Positions 51,268 through 62,504 of a stretch of DNA of 64,000 nucleotides are shown one piece after another (the first letter of the stretch is position 1; every line of letters starts with the position of its first letter). Source of the DNA: a phage; the sequence record PZ445554.1; one strand, given 5' to 3'. A program made the position numbers and the translations under genes. A model generated the notes under the pieces. That model was given only the letters and a program-made list of their open reading frames with translations. It searched no databases and was not told the DNA's origin.

Positions 51268-54200
51268 ATGGCCGAGATTAAAAGAAAGTTCAGAGCAGAA
51301 GATGGTCTGGACGCAGGTGGTGATAAAATAATCAACGTAGCTTTAGCTGATCGTACCGTAGGAACTGACGGTGTTAACGTTGATTACTTAATTCAAGAAA
51401 ACACAGTTCAGCAATATGATCCAACTCGTGGATATTTAAAAGATTTTGTAATCATTTATAATAATCGTTTTTGGGCAGCAACGGATAATATTCCAAAACC
51501 TGCTGGAAATTTTAATAGAATTCGTTGGAAAGCATTACGTACTGATGCCGTATATACAACCGTATCATCTGGACCATATCAATTAAAATCCGGAGAAGCA
51601 ATTTCAGTAGATACATCAGTTGGCAATGACATTGAGTTTACTTTACCACCTTCTCCGCTTGATGGAGAAACCGTAATAATTCAAGATATCGGTGGAAAAC
51701 CTGGCATAAATCAGGTTAAAATAAATTCTTCAAATCAGAGTATTGTCAATTTTAGAGGTGAACAGGTACGTTCAGTTTTAATGACTCATCCAAAGTCACA
51801 GATGGTATTCATTTTTAATAACCGTTTGTGGCAAATGTATATTGCTGATTATAGCAGAGAAGCTGCAATTGTTACTCCATCGACTGCATATCAAGCACAA
51901 TCTAATGATTTTATCGTACGTAGATTTACTTCTGCCGCACCGATTAATGTTAAACTTCCAAGATTTGCCAATCATGGAGATATCATTAATTTCGTTGATT
52001 TAGATAAATTAAATCCACTTTATCATACAATTGTTACGACATATGATGAAACGACGTCAGTGCAAGAAGTTGGAACTCATTCCATTGAAGGCCGTACATC
52101 GATTGACGGTTTCTTGATGTTTGACGATAATGAGAAATTGTGGAGATTGTTTGACGGGGATAGTAAAGCACGTTTACGCATTATAACAACTAATTCAAAT
52201 ATTCGTCCAAATGAAGAAGTCATGGTATTTGGTGCGAATAATGGAACAACCCAAACAATTGAACTTCAGCTTCCGACTGATATTTCTGTTGGTGATACTG
52301 TTAAAATTTCCATGAATTACATGAGAAAAGGACAAACAGTTAAAATCAAAGCTGCCGGTGAAGATAAAATTGCTTCTTCAGTTCAATTGCTGCAATTCCC
52401 AAAACGTTCAGAATATCCGCCTGAAGCTGAATGGGTAACAGTTCAAGAATTAGTTTTTAATGGTGAAACTAATTATGTACCAGTTTTGCAACTTGCTTAT
52501 ATAGAAGATTCTGATGGAAAATACTGGGTTGTACAGCAAAACGTTCCAACAGTTGAAAGAGTCGATTCTTTAAATAATTCTACTAGAGCAAGATTAGGCG
52601 TAATTGCTTTAGCTACACAAGCTCAAGCAAATGCTGATTTAGAAAATTCTCCGCAAAAAGAATTGGCAATTACTCCAGAAACGTTAGCTAATCGTACTGC
52701 TACTGAAACTCGCAGAGGTATTGCAAGAATAGCAACTACTGCTCAAGTAAATCAGAACACCACATTCTCTTTTGCAGATGACCTTATCATCACTCCTAAA
52801 AAGCTGAATGAAAGAACTGCTACAGAAACTCGTAGAGGTGTAGCTGAAATTGCTACGCAGCAGGAAACTAATACAGGTACTGATGATACTACAATCATCA
52901 CTCCTAAAAAGCTTCAAGCTCGTCAAGGTTCTGAATCATTATCTGGTATTGTAACTTTTGTATCTACCGCAGGAGCTACTCCAGCTTCTAGTCGTGAATT
53001 AAATGGTACGAATGTTTATAATAAAAACACTAATAATTTAGTTGTTTCACCTAAAGCTTTGGATCAGTATAAAGCTACTCCAACGCAACAAGGCGCAGTA
53101 ATTTTAGCAGTTGAAAGTGAAGTAATTGCTGGACAAAGCCAAGAAGGATGGGCAAATGCGGTTGTAACGCCAGAAACGTTACATAAAAAGACATCAACTG
53201 ATGCAAGAATTGGTTTAATTGAAATTGCTACACAAAGTGAAGTTAATACAGGAACTGATTATACTCGTGCAGTCACTCCTAAAACTTTAAATGACCGTAG
53301 AGCAACTGAAAGTTTAAGTGGTATAGCTGAAATTGCTACACAGGTTGAATTCGACGCAGGCGTCGACGATACTCGTATCTCTACACCATTAAAAATTAAA
53401 ACCAGATTTAATAGTACTGATCGTACTTCTGTTGTTGCTCTATCTGGATTAGTTGAATCAGGAACTCTCTGGGACCATTATACCCTTAATATTCTTGAAG
53501 CAAATGAGACACAGCGTGGTACACTTCGTGTAGCTACACAAGTTGAAGCTGCTGCAGGAACATTAGATAATGTTTTAATAACTCCTAAAAAGCTTTTAGG
53601 TACTAAATCTACTGAAGCACAGGAAGGTGTCATTAAAGTTGCAACTCAGTCTGAAACTGTGGCTGGAACGTCAGCAAATACTGCTGTATCTCCAAAAAAT
53701 TTAAAATGGATTGTGCAGAGTGAACCTACTTGGGCAGCTACTACTGCAATAAGAGGTTTTGTTAAAACTTCATCTGGTTCAATTACATTCGTTGGTAATG
53801 ATACGGTAGGTTCAACACAGCCATTAGAATCATATGAGAAAAATGGTTATGCAGTATCACCATATGAATTAAATCGCGTATTAGCAAATTATTTGCCATT
53901 AAAAGCAAAAGCTGTAGATAGTAATTTATTAGATGGTCTAGATTCGCTCCAGTTCATTCGTAGGGACATTGCACAAACAGTTAATGGTTCACTAACCTTA
54001 ACCCAACAAACGAATCTGAGTGCCCCTCTTGTATCATCTAGTACTGCTACATTCGGTGGATCAGTTTCAGCAAATAGTGTACTAACTATTTCTAATACTG
54101 GAACGGCAACTCGTCTGATTTTTGAGAAAGGACCTCAAACTGGAACAAACCCGGCTCAAACGATGACTGTCAGAGTGTGGGGAAATCAATTTAGTGGGGA

Positions 54201-55137
54201 ATCAGACACAACACGTTCTACCGTATTTGAAGTTAGTGATGAAACGTCTAGTCATTTTTATTCTCAGCGTAATAAAGCTGGAAATATAACATTTAATATT
54301 AACGGTACAGTAACACCGATAAATGTTAATGCTTCAGGAACATTGAATGCAAATGGTGTAGCAACATTTGGTAATTCAGTCACTGCAACTGGTGAAATTA
54401 TTTCTCGAAGCGCAAATGCTTTCCGTGCTATTAACGGAAATTATGGTTTCATTGTTCGCAATGATGGGTCAGTAACGAATTTTATGCTTACTGCATCGGG
54501 TGATCAAACTGGCGTATTTAATGGATTGCGTCCTTTAGCTATTAATAATGCATCTGGCCAAGTAACGATTGGTGAAAGCTTAATCATTGCAAAAGGTGCT
54601 ACTATAAGTTCGGGTGGTTTGACTGTTAACTCGAGAATTCGTTCTCAGGGTACTAAAACCTCTGATTTATATACCCGTGCGCCAACATCTGATACAGTAG
54701 GATTCTGGTCAATCGATATTAATGATTCAGCCACTTATAACCAGTTCCCGGGTTATTTTAAAATGGTTGAAAAAACTAATGAAGTGACTGGACTTCCATA
54801 CTTAGAACGTGGTGAAGAAGTTAAATCTCCTGGTACATTGACTCAGTTTGGTAACACACTTGATTCACTTTACCAAGATTGGATTACTTATCCAACGACC
54901 CCAGAAGCACGTACCACTCGCTGGACACGTACATGGCAGAAAACCAAAAACTCTTGGTCAAGTTTTGTTCAGGTATTTGACGGAGGTAACCCTCCTCAAC
55001 CTTCAGATATAGGAGCGATCCCATCTGATAATGGAATAATAGGTAATCTTACTATTCGCGATTTCTTGCGAATTGGTAATGTTCGCATTATTCCTGACCC
55101 AGTGAATAAAACTGTTAAATTTGAGTGGATTGAATAA
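51268..55137 (+). CDS. 34: long tail fiber proximal subunit gp34
   Basis: 1289-aa ORF; late promoter upstream; internal TETRRGxAxIAT repeat motifs. Confidence 0.95.
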   Translation: MAEIKRKFRAEDGLDAGGDKIINVALADRTVGTDGVNVDYLIQENTVQQYDPTRGYLKDFVIIYNNRFWAATDNIPKPAGNFNRIRWKALRTDAVYTTVSSGPYQLKSGEAISVDTSVGNDIEFTLPPSPLDGETVIIQDIGGKPGINQVKINSSNQSIVNFRGEQVRSVLMTHPKSQMVFIFNNRLWQMYIADYSREAAIVTPSTAYQAQSNDFIVRRFTSAAPINVKLPRFANHGDIINFVDLDKLNPLYHTIVTTYDETTSVQEVGTHSIEGRTSIDGFLMFDDNEKLWRLFDGDSKARLRIITTNSNIRPNEEVMVFGANNGTTQTIELQLPTDISVGDTVKISMNYMRKGQTVKIKAAGEDKIASSVQLLQFPKRSEYPPEAEWVTVQELVFNGETNYVPVLQLAYIEDSDGKYWVVQQNVPTVERVDSLNNSTRARLGVIALATQAQANADLENSPQKELAITPETLANRTATETRRGIARIATTAQVNQNTTFSFADDLIITPKKLNERTATETRRGVAEIATQQETNTGTDDTTIITPKKLQARQGSESLSGIVTFVSTAGATPASSRELNGTNVYNKNTNNLVVSPKALDQYKATPTQQGAVILAVESEVIAGQSQEGWANAVVTPETLHKKTSTDARIGLIEIATQSEVNTGTDYTRAVTPKTLNDRRATESLSGIAEIATQVEFDAGVDDTRISTPLKIKTRFNSTDRTSVVALSGLVESGTLWDHYTLNILEANETQRGTLRVATQVEAAAGTLDNVLITPKKLLGTKSTEAQEGVIKVATQSETVAGTSANTAVSPKNLKWIVQSEPTWAATTAIRGFVKTSSGSITFVGNDTVGSTQPLESYEKNGYAVSPYELNRVLANYLPLKAKAVDSNLLDGLDSLQFIRRDIAQTVNGSLTLTQQTNLSAPLVSSSTATFGGSVSANSVLTISNTGTATRLIFEKGPQTGTNPAQTMTVRVWGNQFSGESDTTRSTVFEVSDETSSHFYSQRNKAGNITFNINGTVTPINVNASGTLNANGVATFGNSVTATGEIISRSANAFRAINGNYGFIVRNDGSVTNFMLTASGDQTGVFNGLRPLAINNASGQVTIGESLIIAKGATISSGGLTVNSRIRSQGTKTSDLYTRAPTSDTVGFWSIDINDSATYNQFPGYFKMVEKTNEVTGLPYLERGEEVKSPGTLTQFGNTLDSLYQDWITYPTTPEARTTRWTRTWQKTKNSWSSFVQVFDGGNPPQPSDIGAIPSDNGIIGNLTIRDFLRIGNVRIIPDPVNKTVKFEWIE
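52650..53710 (+). repeat. ~7 copies of a 30-40-aa motif (TETRRGxAxIAT...TPKKL) in gp34
   Basis: Visible in translation (ANRTATETRRGIARIAT, NERTATETRRGVAEIAT, TDARIGLIEIAT, ...); DNA copies degenerate. Confidence 0.7.
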
Positions 55138-55145
55138 GAGGTATT

Positions 55146-56261
55146 ATGGAAAAATTTATGGCAGAGTTTGGACAAGGATATGTCCAAACGCCATTTTTAT
55201 CGGAAAGCAATTCAGTAAGATATAAAATAAGCATAGCGGGTTCTTGCCCGCTTTCTACTGCGGGGCCATATGTTAAATTTCAGGATAATCCCGTTGGAAA
55301 TCAAACATTTAGTGCAGGTCTTCATTTAAGAGTTTTTGACCCTTCTACGGGAGCATTAGTTGATAGCAAGTCATATGCTTTTTCTGCTTCAAACAATACA
55401 ACATCTGCCGCTTTTGTCAGTTTCATGAATTCTTTGTCAAACAATAGACTTGTTGCTATATTAACTAGCGGAAAGGTTAATTTTCCTCCTGAAGTGGTAT
55501 CTTGGTTAAGGGGAGCAGGAACTTCAGTTTTTCCATCAGATTCAGTATTGTCAAGATTTGACGTGTCATATGCTGCTTTTTATACTTCTTCTAAAAGAGC
55601 TATTGCATTAGAGCATGTTAAACTAAGTAATAGAAAAAGCACAGATGATTATCAAACTATTTTAGATGTTGTATTTGATAGTTTAGAAGACGTCGGAGCT
55701 ACAGGATTTCCTAAAAGAACATACGAAAGCGTTGAGCAATTTATGTCTGCGGTTGGAGGAACTAATAATGAAATTGCGCGATTGCCAACTTCAGCTGCTA
55801 TAAGTAAACTTTCTGACTACAATTTAATTCCTGGTGATGTTCTTTATCTTAAAGCACAACTATATGCTGATGCTGATTTACTTGATCTTGGAACTACAAA
55901 TATATCTATTCGTTTTTATGATGCATCAAATGGATATATTTCCTCGACCCAAGCTGAGTTTACTGGGCAAGCTGGGTCTTGGGAATTAAAAGAAGATTAT
56001 GTAGTTGTTCCTGAAAATGCAGTAGGATTTACGATATATGCACAAAGAACTGCCCAAGCAGGTCAAGGCGGCATGAGAAATTTAAGCTTTTCTGAAGTAT
56101 CAAGAAATGGCGGCATTTCAAAACCTGCTGAATTTGGCGTCAACGGTATTCGCGTTAATTATGTCTGCGAATCGGCTTCACCTCCAGATATAATGGTACT
56201 TCCTACACAAGCCTCTTCTAAAACTGGCAAAGTGTTTGGGCAAGAATTTAGAGAAGTTTAA
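55146..56261 (+). CDS. 35: long tail fiber hinge connector gp35
   Basis: 371-aa ORF; synteny. Confidence 0.9.
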   Translation: MEKFMAEFGQGYVQTPFLSESNSVRYKISIAGSCPLSTAGPYVKFQDNPVGNQTFSAGLHLRVFDPSTGALVDSKSYAFSASNNTTSAAFVSFMNSLSNNRLVAILTSGKVNFPPEVVSWLRGAGTSVFPSDSVLSRFDVSYAAFYTSSKRAIALEHVKLSNRKSTDDYQTILDVVFDSLEDVGATGFPKRTYESVEQFMSAVGGTNNEIARLPTSAAISKLSDYNLIPGDVLYLKAQLYADADLLDLGTTNISIRFYDASNGYISSTQAEFTGQAGSWELKEDYVVVPENAVGFTIYAQRTAQAGQGGMRNLSFSEVSRNGGISKPAEFGVNGIRVNYVCESASPPDIMVLPTQASSKTGKVFGQEFREV

Positions 56262-56265
56262 ACTG

Positions 56266-56285
56266 AGGGAGCCTTCGGGTTCCCT
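56266..56285 (+). terminator. terminator after gene 35
   Basis: AGGGAGCC-UUCG-GGUUCCCU hairpin (one G-U pair) then UUUUUCUUU. Confidence 0.75.
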
Positions 56286-56292
56286 TTTTCTT

Positions 56293-56300
56293 TATAAATA
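56293..56300 (+). promoter_or_regulatory. late promoter TATAAATA (gene 36)
   Basis: exact TATAAATA 24 nt before gene 36 ATG. Confidence 0.75.
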
Positions 56301-56323
56301 ATATTAAAATAAAGGGGCATATA

Positions 56324-56974
56324 ATGGCTGATTTAAAAGTAGGTTCAACTGTAGGTGGATCTGTCATTTGGCATCAAGGAAATTTTCCATTGAATTCAGC
56401 CGGTGACGATGTACTCTACAAATCATTTAAAATATATTCAGAATATAATAAACCACAGGCAGCTGATAACGATTTCGTTTCTAAAGCTAATGGTGGTACT
56501 TACACCGGTCCAATTACTATTAATTACGGGGTAAATAGTTATCTTCAATTAAGTAATAATGAAACCCCCATTCGAATTCGTTCTGGTGGCGGTACCGGTA
56601 ATACTCTTGTAGTTGGCGGCTCTTCCGGCGGTATTAGTTTTAGACCTGCAGGTAGTGAAATCACTACTGGACAAATTACTATTACACCAGAAGGTTTGAC
56701 AACATTTACCAGGGCTGTAACGGCTCCATCGATAACTGTTACATCTACTCCTTCCGCAGCATCTGATGTTACTCGTAAAGATTATGTTGATGGAGCAATA
56801 AATACTGTTACAGCAAATGCAAACTCTAGGGTATTACGCTCTGGAGACACTATGACAGGAAATTTAACTGCGCCAAACCTTTTTTCACAGAATCCTGCAT
56901 CTCAACCTTCACACGTTCCACGATTTGACCAAATCGTAATTAAGGATTCTGTTCAAGATTTCGGCTATTATTAA
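56324..56974 (+). CDS. 36: long tail fiber distal connector gp36
   Basis: 216-aa ORF; late promoter upstream. Confidence 0.9.
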   Translation: MADLKVGSTVGGSVIWHQGNFPLNSAGDDVLYKSFKIYSEYNKPQAADNDFVSKANGGTYTGPITINYGVNSYLQLSNNETPIRIRSGGGTGNTLVVGGSSGGISFRPAGSEITTGQITITPEGLTTFTRAVTAPSITVTSTPSAASDVTRKDYVDGAINTVTANANSRVLRSGDTMTGNLTAPNLFSQNPASQPSHVPRFDQIVIKDSVQDFGYY

Positions 56975-56982
56975 GAGGACTT

Positions 56983-59967
56983 ATGGCTACTTTAAAACAA
57001 ATACAATTTAAAAGAAGCAAAACTGCAGGTCAACTTCCTGCTGCTTCAGTATTAGCCGAAGGTGAATTGGCTATTAATTTAAAAGATAAAACAATTTTCA
57101 CAAAAGATGACTCAGGCAATGTTATAGAATTAGGTTTAAAATATGGAGGAACAATTGATGGTTCTTTAACTGTTAATGGAAATATAATTGGAAATTTAAC
57201 AGGTAACGCTGCAACTGCAACGAAATTAAAAACAGCACGAAAAATTAATGGTATATCCTTTGATGGGTCAAAAGATATCACGCTAACTCCATCTGACATA
57301 AATGTCAATAGCACAACGTTTATAAAAAATAATGGCGAATTACCTGTTGATGCTAATTTAGATACGTATGGGCCTGTTGAAGAATATCTTGGAGTTTGGT
57401 CGAAAGCAACTTCAACCAACGCTCAACCAGCAAATAAATTTCCAGAAGAAAATGCTGTAGGTGTGCTAGAAGTATTTGTGGCCGGTCAATTTGCTGGTAC
57501 TCAGAGATATACAACTAGATACGGAAATGTTTATATTCGTTCCTTGACTGCTACATGGAACGGAGTAAATGGTCCGTGGAGTGTGTGGCGAAATATTCAA
57601 TCCGGTACTCGTCCACTGTCAACAACAATTGATCTTAATGATCTAGGAGGCGCTGAACACTTTGGTTTGTGGCGAAATAGTTCAAATTCCATTGCTACCT
57701 TTGACAGAAATTTCCCAGAAGAGGGGTCGTCAGCTCAAGGTCTTTTGGAAGTATATGAAGGTGGAAACTATTCTCGTACACAAAGATATACAACCAGATT
57801 TGGTGTTGTATATACTCGTTGTCTTGCTGCCGCATGGGATGCTTCCGCGCCTAAATGGGGACCGTGGCAACAAGTCGGTAATGTCACACCAGCGACTTTC
57901 TATGACGGAGATCTGAATGATTTTAAAACCCCTGGGTTATATAATATTTTAGGCACTGATGCCGTTATTAACTGTCCTACAGGTGAAGGTTTGCCGACTG
58001 TTATTGTTGGTTTGCTGGAAGTTAAACAACGTGCTTCTGGCGGTGCTATTTTCCAAAAATTTACTACTGCCGGAACGGGTGCAACTACTCGCGATCGTAT
58101 TTTTGAGCGTGCATATACTGGTGGTGTGTGGGGTGCATGGAACGAAGTATATACATCTTACTCTCTGCCAATTACTTTAGGTATGGGTGGTATTAAAACT
58201 CAATTAGCGGAGCTAGATTGGCAAACATTTGATTTTGTTCCTGGTAGTATGTTTAGCGTTCCTTTGAACAAAATAAAGAACATGCCAGCTAATATGAATT
58301 GGGGCACGATTGACGGAAACTTAATTATGTTTTCTGTTGGTCCTAGCGAGCACACCAGCACAGGACGTACTGTTCAGGTTTGGCGTGGTACTGTATCCCA
58401 GACAAACTACCGTTATTTTGTCGTTCGTGTGTTCGGTAATTCTGGAAATAGAACTTGTACAGTTCGCCGTGTTGTTCTTGAAGATGGTCGCCACACATGG
58501 ACAGCTCAACAAGATTTTAATGGTGCTGTTAACTTCGGTGCTCCTACCAATTTTAACTCTACTGTTAACCTTAATAACACTACCACATTTAAAACAGAAG
58601 TTAAATTTCGCTCATTGAATGCATTCCGTATGTATGGCGGAAAATTTGGTACATTTTTACGTAATGATGGAGAGAGTCTTTATATTCTTTCCACCGACGA
58701 AGATGATCAAGATGGAAACTTTAATACAAATAGACCTTTCCGTTATGAATTAAGAACTGGTGATGTTACTTTGGGTGGTGCTAGTGGTGCTAACGTTTTA
58801 AAATTAAAACGTGATTCTCTCACCGCATTTTTTGGCGGTGATATTAACATTAAAGGCACGATGACTTTTGACGCCGGACGTTTAGGATCACGAGATTATT
58901 TTAAATTTAACCATTGGGGTGATAGTAATAATGCGCGTGATAACATTATTCAGTTAGAAGACAGCAAAGGCGCTCATTTTTCCACTGAACGTACTTTAGC
59001 GACTGGTGCAATTAAGACTAAATTTTTTGGTGAAATTGAATCCGATGGTAAATTGGTTATTAAACGTCCGGGTGATTCTATTGTATTATCAACAACTGCT
59101 AGTAATTCTTTGCATATTCGTGGTGACATAGACGGGACTGGTAACTGGTATATTGGTAAGGGTGGTGCTGATAATGGATTAGCGTTATATAGTTATGCTA
59201 CTAATGCTGGTGTATACATTACAAACGCAGGAGATATCACGCTAAGTCCAAAAGGCGTCGAAATGGCCCATGTCAATAACGTTCGATTATATGTTCATGG
59301 TGAACGTTGGACTGCTAGTCAACCAGGTGATTGGGGTAGTCAGTGGCAAGTGGAAGCGCCAATATTCGTCGATCATGGTTATGTTTCACAGGATTGTTAT
59401 TATCCAATTATTAAAGGAAGAAGTGTAATCACCAATCAAGGGTTTGTAACTGCCGTCGATCTTGGTATTCGTCGTGTCAATAACAATTGGGGACAAGCAA
59501 TTATTCGTGTTGGATCTGCGGAGGCATCGCCAGCGGCTGGACACCCTAACGCGGTATTTGAATTTCATTACGACGGTACTTTCTATTCTCCTGGTAATGG
59601 TAACTTTAGCGATGTGTATATTCGTTCCGATGGTCGTCTTAAGATTAATAAAAAAGAGCTAGAAAACGGAGCACTTGAAAAAGTATGCCGACTGAAAGTT
59701 TATACATACGATAAGGTTAAGTCTATTAAAGATCGTAGTGTTATTAAACGTGAAGTTGGTATTATTGCTCAGGATCTTGAAAAAGAATTACCGGAAGCTG
59801 TGTCTAAAGTTGAAGTTGATGGATCTGATGTTCTGACAATTTCTAACTCCGCTGTGAATGCTCTTTTAATTAAGGCTATCCAAGAAATGAGCGAAGAAAT
59901 TAAAGAATTAAAAACGCCTTTCTTCACTAAAATTGCTCGCAAAATTAGTAAATATTTTAAATTCTAA
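56983..59967 (+). CDS. 37: long tail fiber distal subunit gp37 with C-terminal chaperone-like domain
   Basis: 994-aa ORF; N-terminus conserved; last ~113 aa ([13 protein letters not shown]...[15 protein letters not shown]...[16 protein letters not shown]) resemble an intramolecular chaperone auto-processing domain. Confidence 0.92.
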   Translation: MATLKQIQFKRSKTAGQLPAASVLAEGELAINLKDKTIFTKDDSGNVIELGLKYGGTIDGSLTVNGNIIGNLTGNAATATKLKTARKINGISFDGSKDITLTPSDINVNSTTFIKNNGELPVDANLDTYGPVEEYLGVWSKATSTNAQPANKFPEENAVGVLEVFVAGQFAGTQRYTTRYGNVYIRSLTATWNGVNGPWSVWRNIQSGTRPLSTTIDLNDLGGAEHFGLWRNSSNSIATFDRNFPEEGSSAQGLLEVYEGGNYSRTQRYTTRFGVVYTRCLAAAWDASAPKWGPWQQVGNVTPATFYDGDLNDFKTPGLYNILGTDAVINCPTGEGLPTVIVGLLEVKQRASGGAIFQKFTTAGTGATTRDRIFERAYTGGVWGAWNEVYTSYSLPITLGMGGIKTQLAELDWQTFDFVPGSMFSVPLNKIKNMPANMNWGTIDGNLIMFSVGPSEHTSTGRTVQVWRGTVSQTNYRYFVVRVFGNSGNRTCTVRRVVLEDGRHTWTAQQDFNGAVNFGAPTNFNSTVNLNNTTTFKTEVKFRSLNAFRMYGGKFGTFLRNDGESLYILSTDEDDQDGNFNTNRPFRYELRTGDVTLGGASGANVLKLKRDSLTAFFGGDINIKGTMTFDAGRLGSRDYFKFNHWGDSNNARDNIIQLEDSKGAHFSTERTLATGAIKTKFFGEIESDGKLVIKRPGDSIVLSTTASNSLHIRGDIDGTGNWYIGKGGADNGLALYSYATNAGVYITNAGDITLSPKGVEMAHVNNVRLYVHGERWTASQPGDWGSQWQVEAPIFVDHGYVSQDCYYPIIKGRSVITNQGFVTAVDLGIRRVNNNWGQAIIRVGSAEASPAAGHPNAVFEFHYDGTFYSPGNGNFSDVYIRSDGRLKINKKELENGALEKVCRLKVYTYDKVKSIKDRSVIKREVGIIAQDLEKELPEAVSKVEVDGSDVLTISNSAVNALLIKAIQEMSEEIKELKTPFFTKIARKISKYFKF

Positions 59968-59973
59968 CAACAA

Positions 59974-59986
59974 GGGGCAACGCCCC
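59974..59986 (+). terminator. weak stem-loop between genes 37 and 38
   Basis: GGGGC-AAC-GCCCC then CUUU, followed by GGAG SD of gene 38. Confidence 0.4.
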
Positions 59987-60001
59987 CTTTGGAGATAAAT
60001 T

Positions 60002-60802
60002 ATGGCAGTAGTTGGTGTTCCTGGTTGGATTGGTAGTTCATCCGTAAATGAAACAGGACAACGATGGATGAGTCAAGCGGCTGGTCAATTAAGATTGGGT
60101 GTTCCTTGCTGGATGAGTCAATTTGCAGGTCGCTCACGAGAAATTATTCATACACTTGGAGCAGACCATAACTTCAATGGTCAATGGTTCCGAGATAGAT
60201 GTTTTGAGGCCGGTAGTGCACCTATAGTGTTTAATATTACAGGTGATTTAGTATCATATTCTAAAGATGTTCCTTTATTCTTCATGTACGGGGATACGCC
60301 TAATGAATATGTTGTTCTTAATATTCATGGTGGTGTTCATATGTGGGGTCGTGGTGGTAATGGTGGATACACTCACTCGGGAGGCGACGGTAACGGTACA
60401 CAAGGCGGTCATGTTATTCAAAATGATATCGGTGGACGGCTTCGTATTTGGAACTACGGTGTTATAGCTGCTGGCGGTGGCGGCGGTGGTGGTATTGCAT
60501 ATCGTCCACACTCAGGGGCAAAATGGCAAGATATCGGTGGCGGTGGTGGTCGACCTTTCGGTGGCGCTGGCGGTGGCGGTTATTCCGGTGGTGCTGCTTC
60601 GTATGAAGGTCCGGGTGGTGGTTATGACTATGGTAACGCACACTCCGGCGCTGGTGGTAATGCTGGTGCTGCTGGTCAGAATGCATGGTCTGACGGCGGT
60701 AAAGTTCTTAAAGTTGGTGTTGGTGGTGCGTCTGGTCATGCAGTGTTTGGATCTTCTCCAACTTGGGGTGTTGTTGGAACAATTTACGGACCAAGAGTAT
60801 AA
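60002..60802 (+). CDS. 38: gp38 receptor-recognising adhesin (T2 type, glycine-rich)
   Basis: 266-aa ORF; N-terminus [13 protein letters not shown]; C-terminal half has poly-Gly motifs separating variable segments. Confidence 0.9.
   Translation: MAVVGVPGWIGSSSVNETGQRWMSQAAGQLRLGVPCWMSQFAGRSREIIHTLGADHNFNGQWFRDRCFEAGSAPIVFNITGDLVSYSKDVPLFFMYGDTPNEYVVLNIHGGVHMWGRGGNGGYTHSGGDGNGTQGGHVIQNDIGGRLRIWNYGVIAAGGGGGGGIAYRPHSGAKWQDIGGGGGRPFGGAGGGGYSGGAASYEGPGGGYDYGNAHSGAGGNAGAAGQNAWSDGGKVLKVGVGGASGHAVFGSSPTWGVVGTIYGPRV
60300..60750 (+). repeat. glycine-rich motifs of gp38 flanking variable segments
   Basis: GGT/GGC-rich runs encoding [47 protein letters not shown]. Confidence 0.8.
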
Positions 60803-60832
60803 TGTGAATAAATACCCTTAAAAGGAGGGTCT

Positions 60833-61489
60833 ATGGCAGCACCTAGAATATCATTTTCGCCCTCTGATATTCTATTTGGTGTTCTAGATCGCTTGTTCAA
60901 AGATAATGCTACCGGGAAAGTTCTTGCTTCCCGGGTAGCTGTCGTAATTCTTTTGTTTATAATGGCGATTGTATGGTATAGGGGAGATAGTTTCTTTGAG
61001 TACTATAAGCAATCAAAGTATGAAACATACAGTGAAATTATTGAAAAGGAAAGAAATGCACGCTTTGAATCTGTCGCCCTGGAACAACTCCAGATAGTTC
61101 ATATATCATCTGAGGCAGACTTTAGTGCGGTGTATTCTTTCCGCCCTAAAAACTTAAACTATTTTGTTGATATTATAGCATATGAAGGAAGATTACCTTC
61201 AACAATAACTGAAAAATCACTTGGAGGATATCCTGTTGATAAAACTATGGATGAATATACAGTTCATTTAAATGGACGTCATTATTATTCCAACTCAAAA
61301 TTTGCTTTTTTACCAACTAAAAAGCCTACTCCCGAAATAAACTACATGTACAGTTGTCCATATTTTAATTTGGATAATATCTATGCTGGAACGATAACCA
61401 TGTACTGGTATAGAAATGATCATATAAGTAATGACCGCCTTGAATCAATATGTGCTCAGGCGGCCAGAATATTAGGAAGGGCTAAATAA
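60833..61489 (+). CDS. t: holin T
   Basis: 218-aa ORF with single N-proximal TMD (VAVVILLFIMAIVWY) and large periplasmic domain. Confidence 0.93.
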   Translation: MAAPRISFSPSDILFGVLDRLFKDNATGKVLASRVAVVILLFIMAIVWYRGDSFFEYYKQSKYETYSEIIEKERNARFESVALEQLQIVHISSEADFSAVYSFRPKNLNYFVDIIAYEGRLPSTITEKSLGGYPVDKTMDEYTVHLNGRHYYSNSKFAFLPTKKPTPEINYMYSCPYFNLDNIYAGTITMYWYRNDHISNDRLESICAQAARILGRAK

Positions 61490-61762
61490 TTATTTGTTCG
61501 TATACATCTCTAGATATCGATATACACCCTCAAAACCCTCGTTGAATTCGTCGATGAGGGTTTTCTTATCTTCTTGAGTTAATTCAGAAACAATTTTACG
61601 GAATGAATTCTGATTTAACTTTCTACCTTCATGTGTTACTCCAATCTCATTCAGAAATGCAATAAAATTAGCACGATTCTCAACAATATCTTCTCTGGAA
61701 AATTTAATCAAAATAGACGCAACAGTAATAATTTCACGAACTGTATCAATATTTTTATTCAT
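61490..61762 (-). CDS. asiA: anti-sigma70 factor AsiA
   Basis: 90-aa ORF, N-terminus MNKNIDTVREIITVASILIKF recognised as AsiA; early promoter upstream. Confidence 0.93.
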   Translation of the reverse strand: MNKNIDTVREIITVASILIKFSREDIVENRANFIAFLNEIGVTHEGRKLNQNSFRKIVSELTQEDKKTLIDEFNEGFEGVYRYLEMYTNK

Positions 61763-61774
61763 TAACTATACCAC

Positions 61775-61927
61775 TCAATTAGTTGACTTTGTTATAATAT
61801 CATCAGACGCTTGATTTGTAAACTGGTCTGTGTTATTTTCTTCAAAAATTTTTTCTACGAATTCTTTGAACGACTCACGTTCCTGAGTTACATTGTGCTC
61901 GATTACCATTTCAAGATTATAACTCAT
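61775..61927 (-). CDS. hypothetical acidic protein (asiA.1 position), 50 aa
   Basis: Not in track. Hand-translated MSYNLEMVIEHNVTQERESFKEFVEKIFEENNTDQFTNQASDDIITKSTN; ATG overlaps arn stop (ATGA). Confidence 0.55.
   Translation of the reverse strand: MSYNLEMVIEHNVTQERESFKEFVEKIFEENNTDQFTNQASDDIITKSTN
61794..61823 (-). promoter_or_regulatory. early promoter (asiA)
   Basis: minus strand GTTTACAAATCAAGCGTCTGATGATATTAT: 17 bp, TGn + TATTAT, ~30 nt upstream of asiA ATG. Confidence 0.65.
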
Positions 61928-62202
61928 TCGAAATAATCTTCAATTTCGTAATCATGGACATAAATCATTATAGTTTCTAATACATCATCAATACTTTTTC
62001 CTGGAGCTGGAATTACGTAAAAATATCCTGCTTTTGAGAGGTCTTTATAAGTTCCAACCAAGAAATCATTATTCTCAAGATGTAGTTCTTCAACTAATTC
62101 ATTAACAATTAAGTGGTATAAATTTGGTAGAAACTTATATAGCTTTTCTAGAATATCAATTTTGATTGTGTATTGAACCACAGATTGAGAATCAATAATC
62201 AT
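61924..62202 (-). CDS. arn: Arn anti-restriction nuclease inhibitor
   Basis: 92-aa acidic ORF at the T4 arn position; AAGGGGAAGG SD. Confidence 0.8.
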   Translation of the reverse strand: MIIDSQSVVQYTIKIDILEKLYKFLPNLYHLIVNELVEELHLENNDFLVGTYKDLSKAGYFYVIPAPGKSIDDVLETIMIYVHDYEIEDYFE

Positions 62203-62285
62203 AGACCTTCCCCTTATGTTTCTGTTTGCGATTAGATTCTTTAAACGCTTTCTTCTTATCCTTATGAACAGAAGCTTTATTAAAA

Positions 62286-62504
62286 TTATGCTTTGCGACT
62301 AAATTGTTCATAGTGCTGAATTACCTCTCTTAAACATTTGCATGTGAATGAAAACTTTTTAGCTACACCACATTCAAATATATGTTCTCTTAAATCACGT
62401 GTGTCAGTATATCCCATCTCAACAATAAAATGCCGTATTAGATTTTTATCTTTATCGTTGAGAGAATTAAAATAATCGGATTTTGAATTAATTTCCCTGG
62501 CCAA
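62286..62504 (-). CDS. hypothetical protein (arn.1 position)
   Basis: 72-aa ORF; TTG start preceded by AAGGTGA SD; Cys-rich C-terminus. Confidence 0.55.
   Translation of the reverse strand: MAREINSKSDYFNSLNDKDKNLIRHFIVEMGYTDTRDLREHIFECGVAKKFSFTCKCLREVIQHYEQFSRKA

Noticed and set aside
60275-60821. His/Thr/Val-rich ORFs (track 60275-60511, 60462-60686, 60512-60739 minus; 60477-60821 plus) inside gene 38
   Set aside because: Frame-shifted or antisense readings of the GGT/GGC glycine-rich repeats of gp38; low-complexity artefacts.
62192-62311. 39-aa highly basic ORF (MNNLVAKHNF...) spanning the arn.1-arn gap
   Set aside because: Overlaps both neighbours out of frame and its SD is 12-14 nt from the ATG; more likely leader sequence carrying the arn SD.
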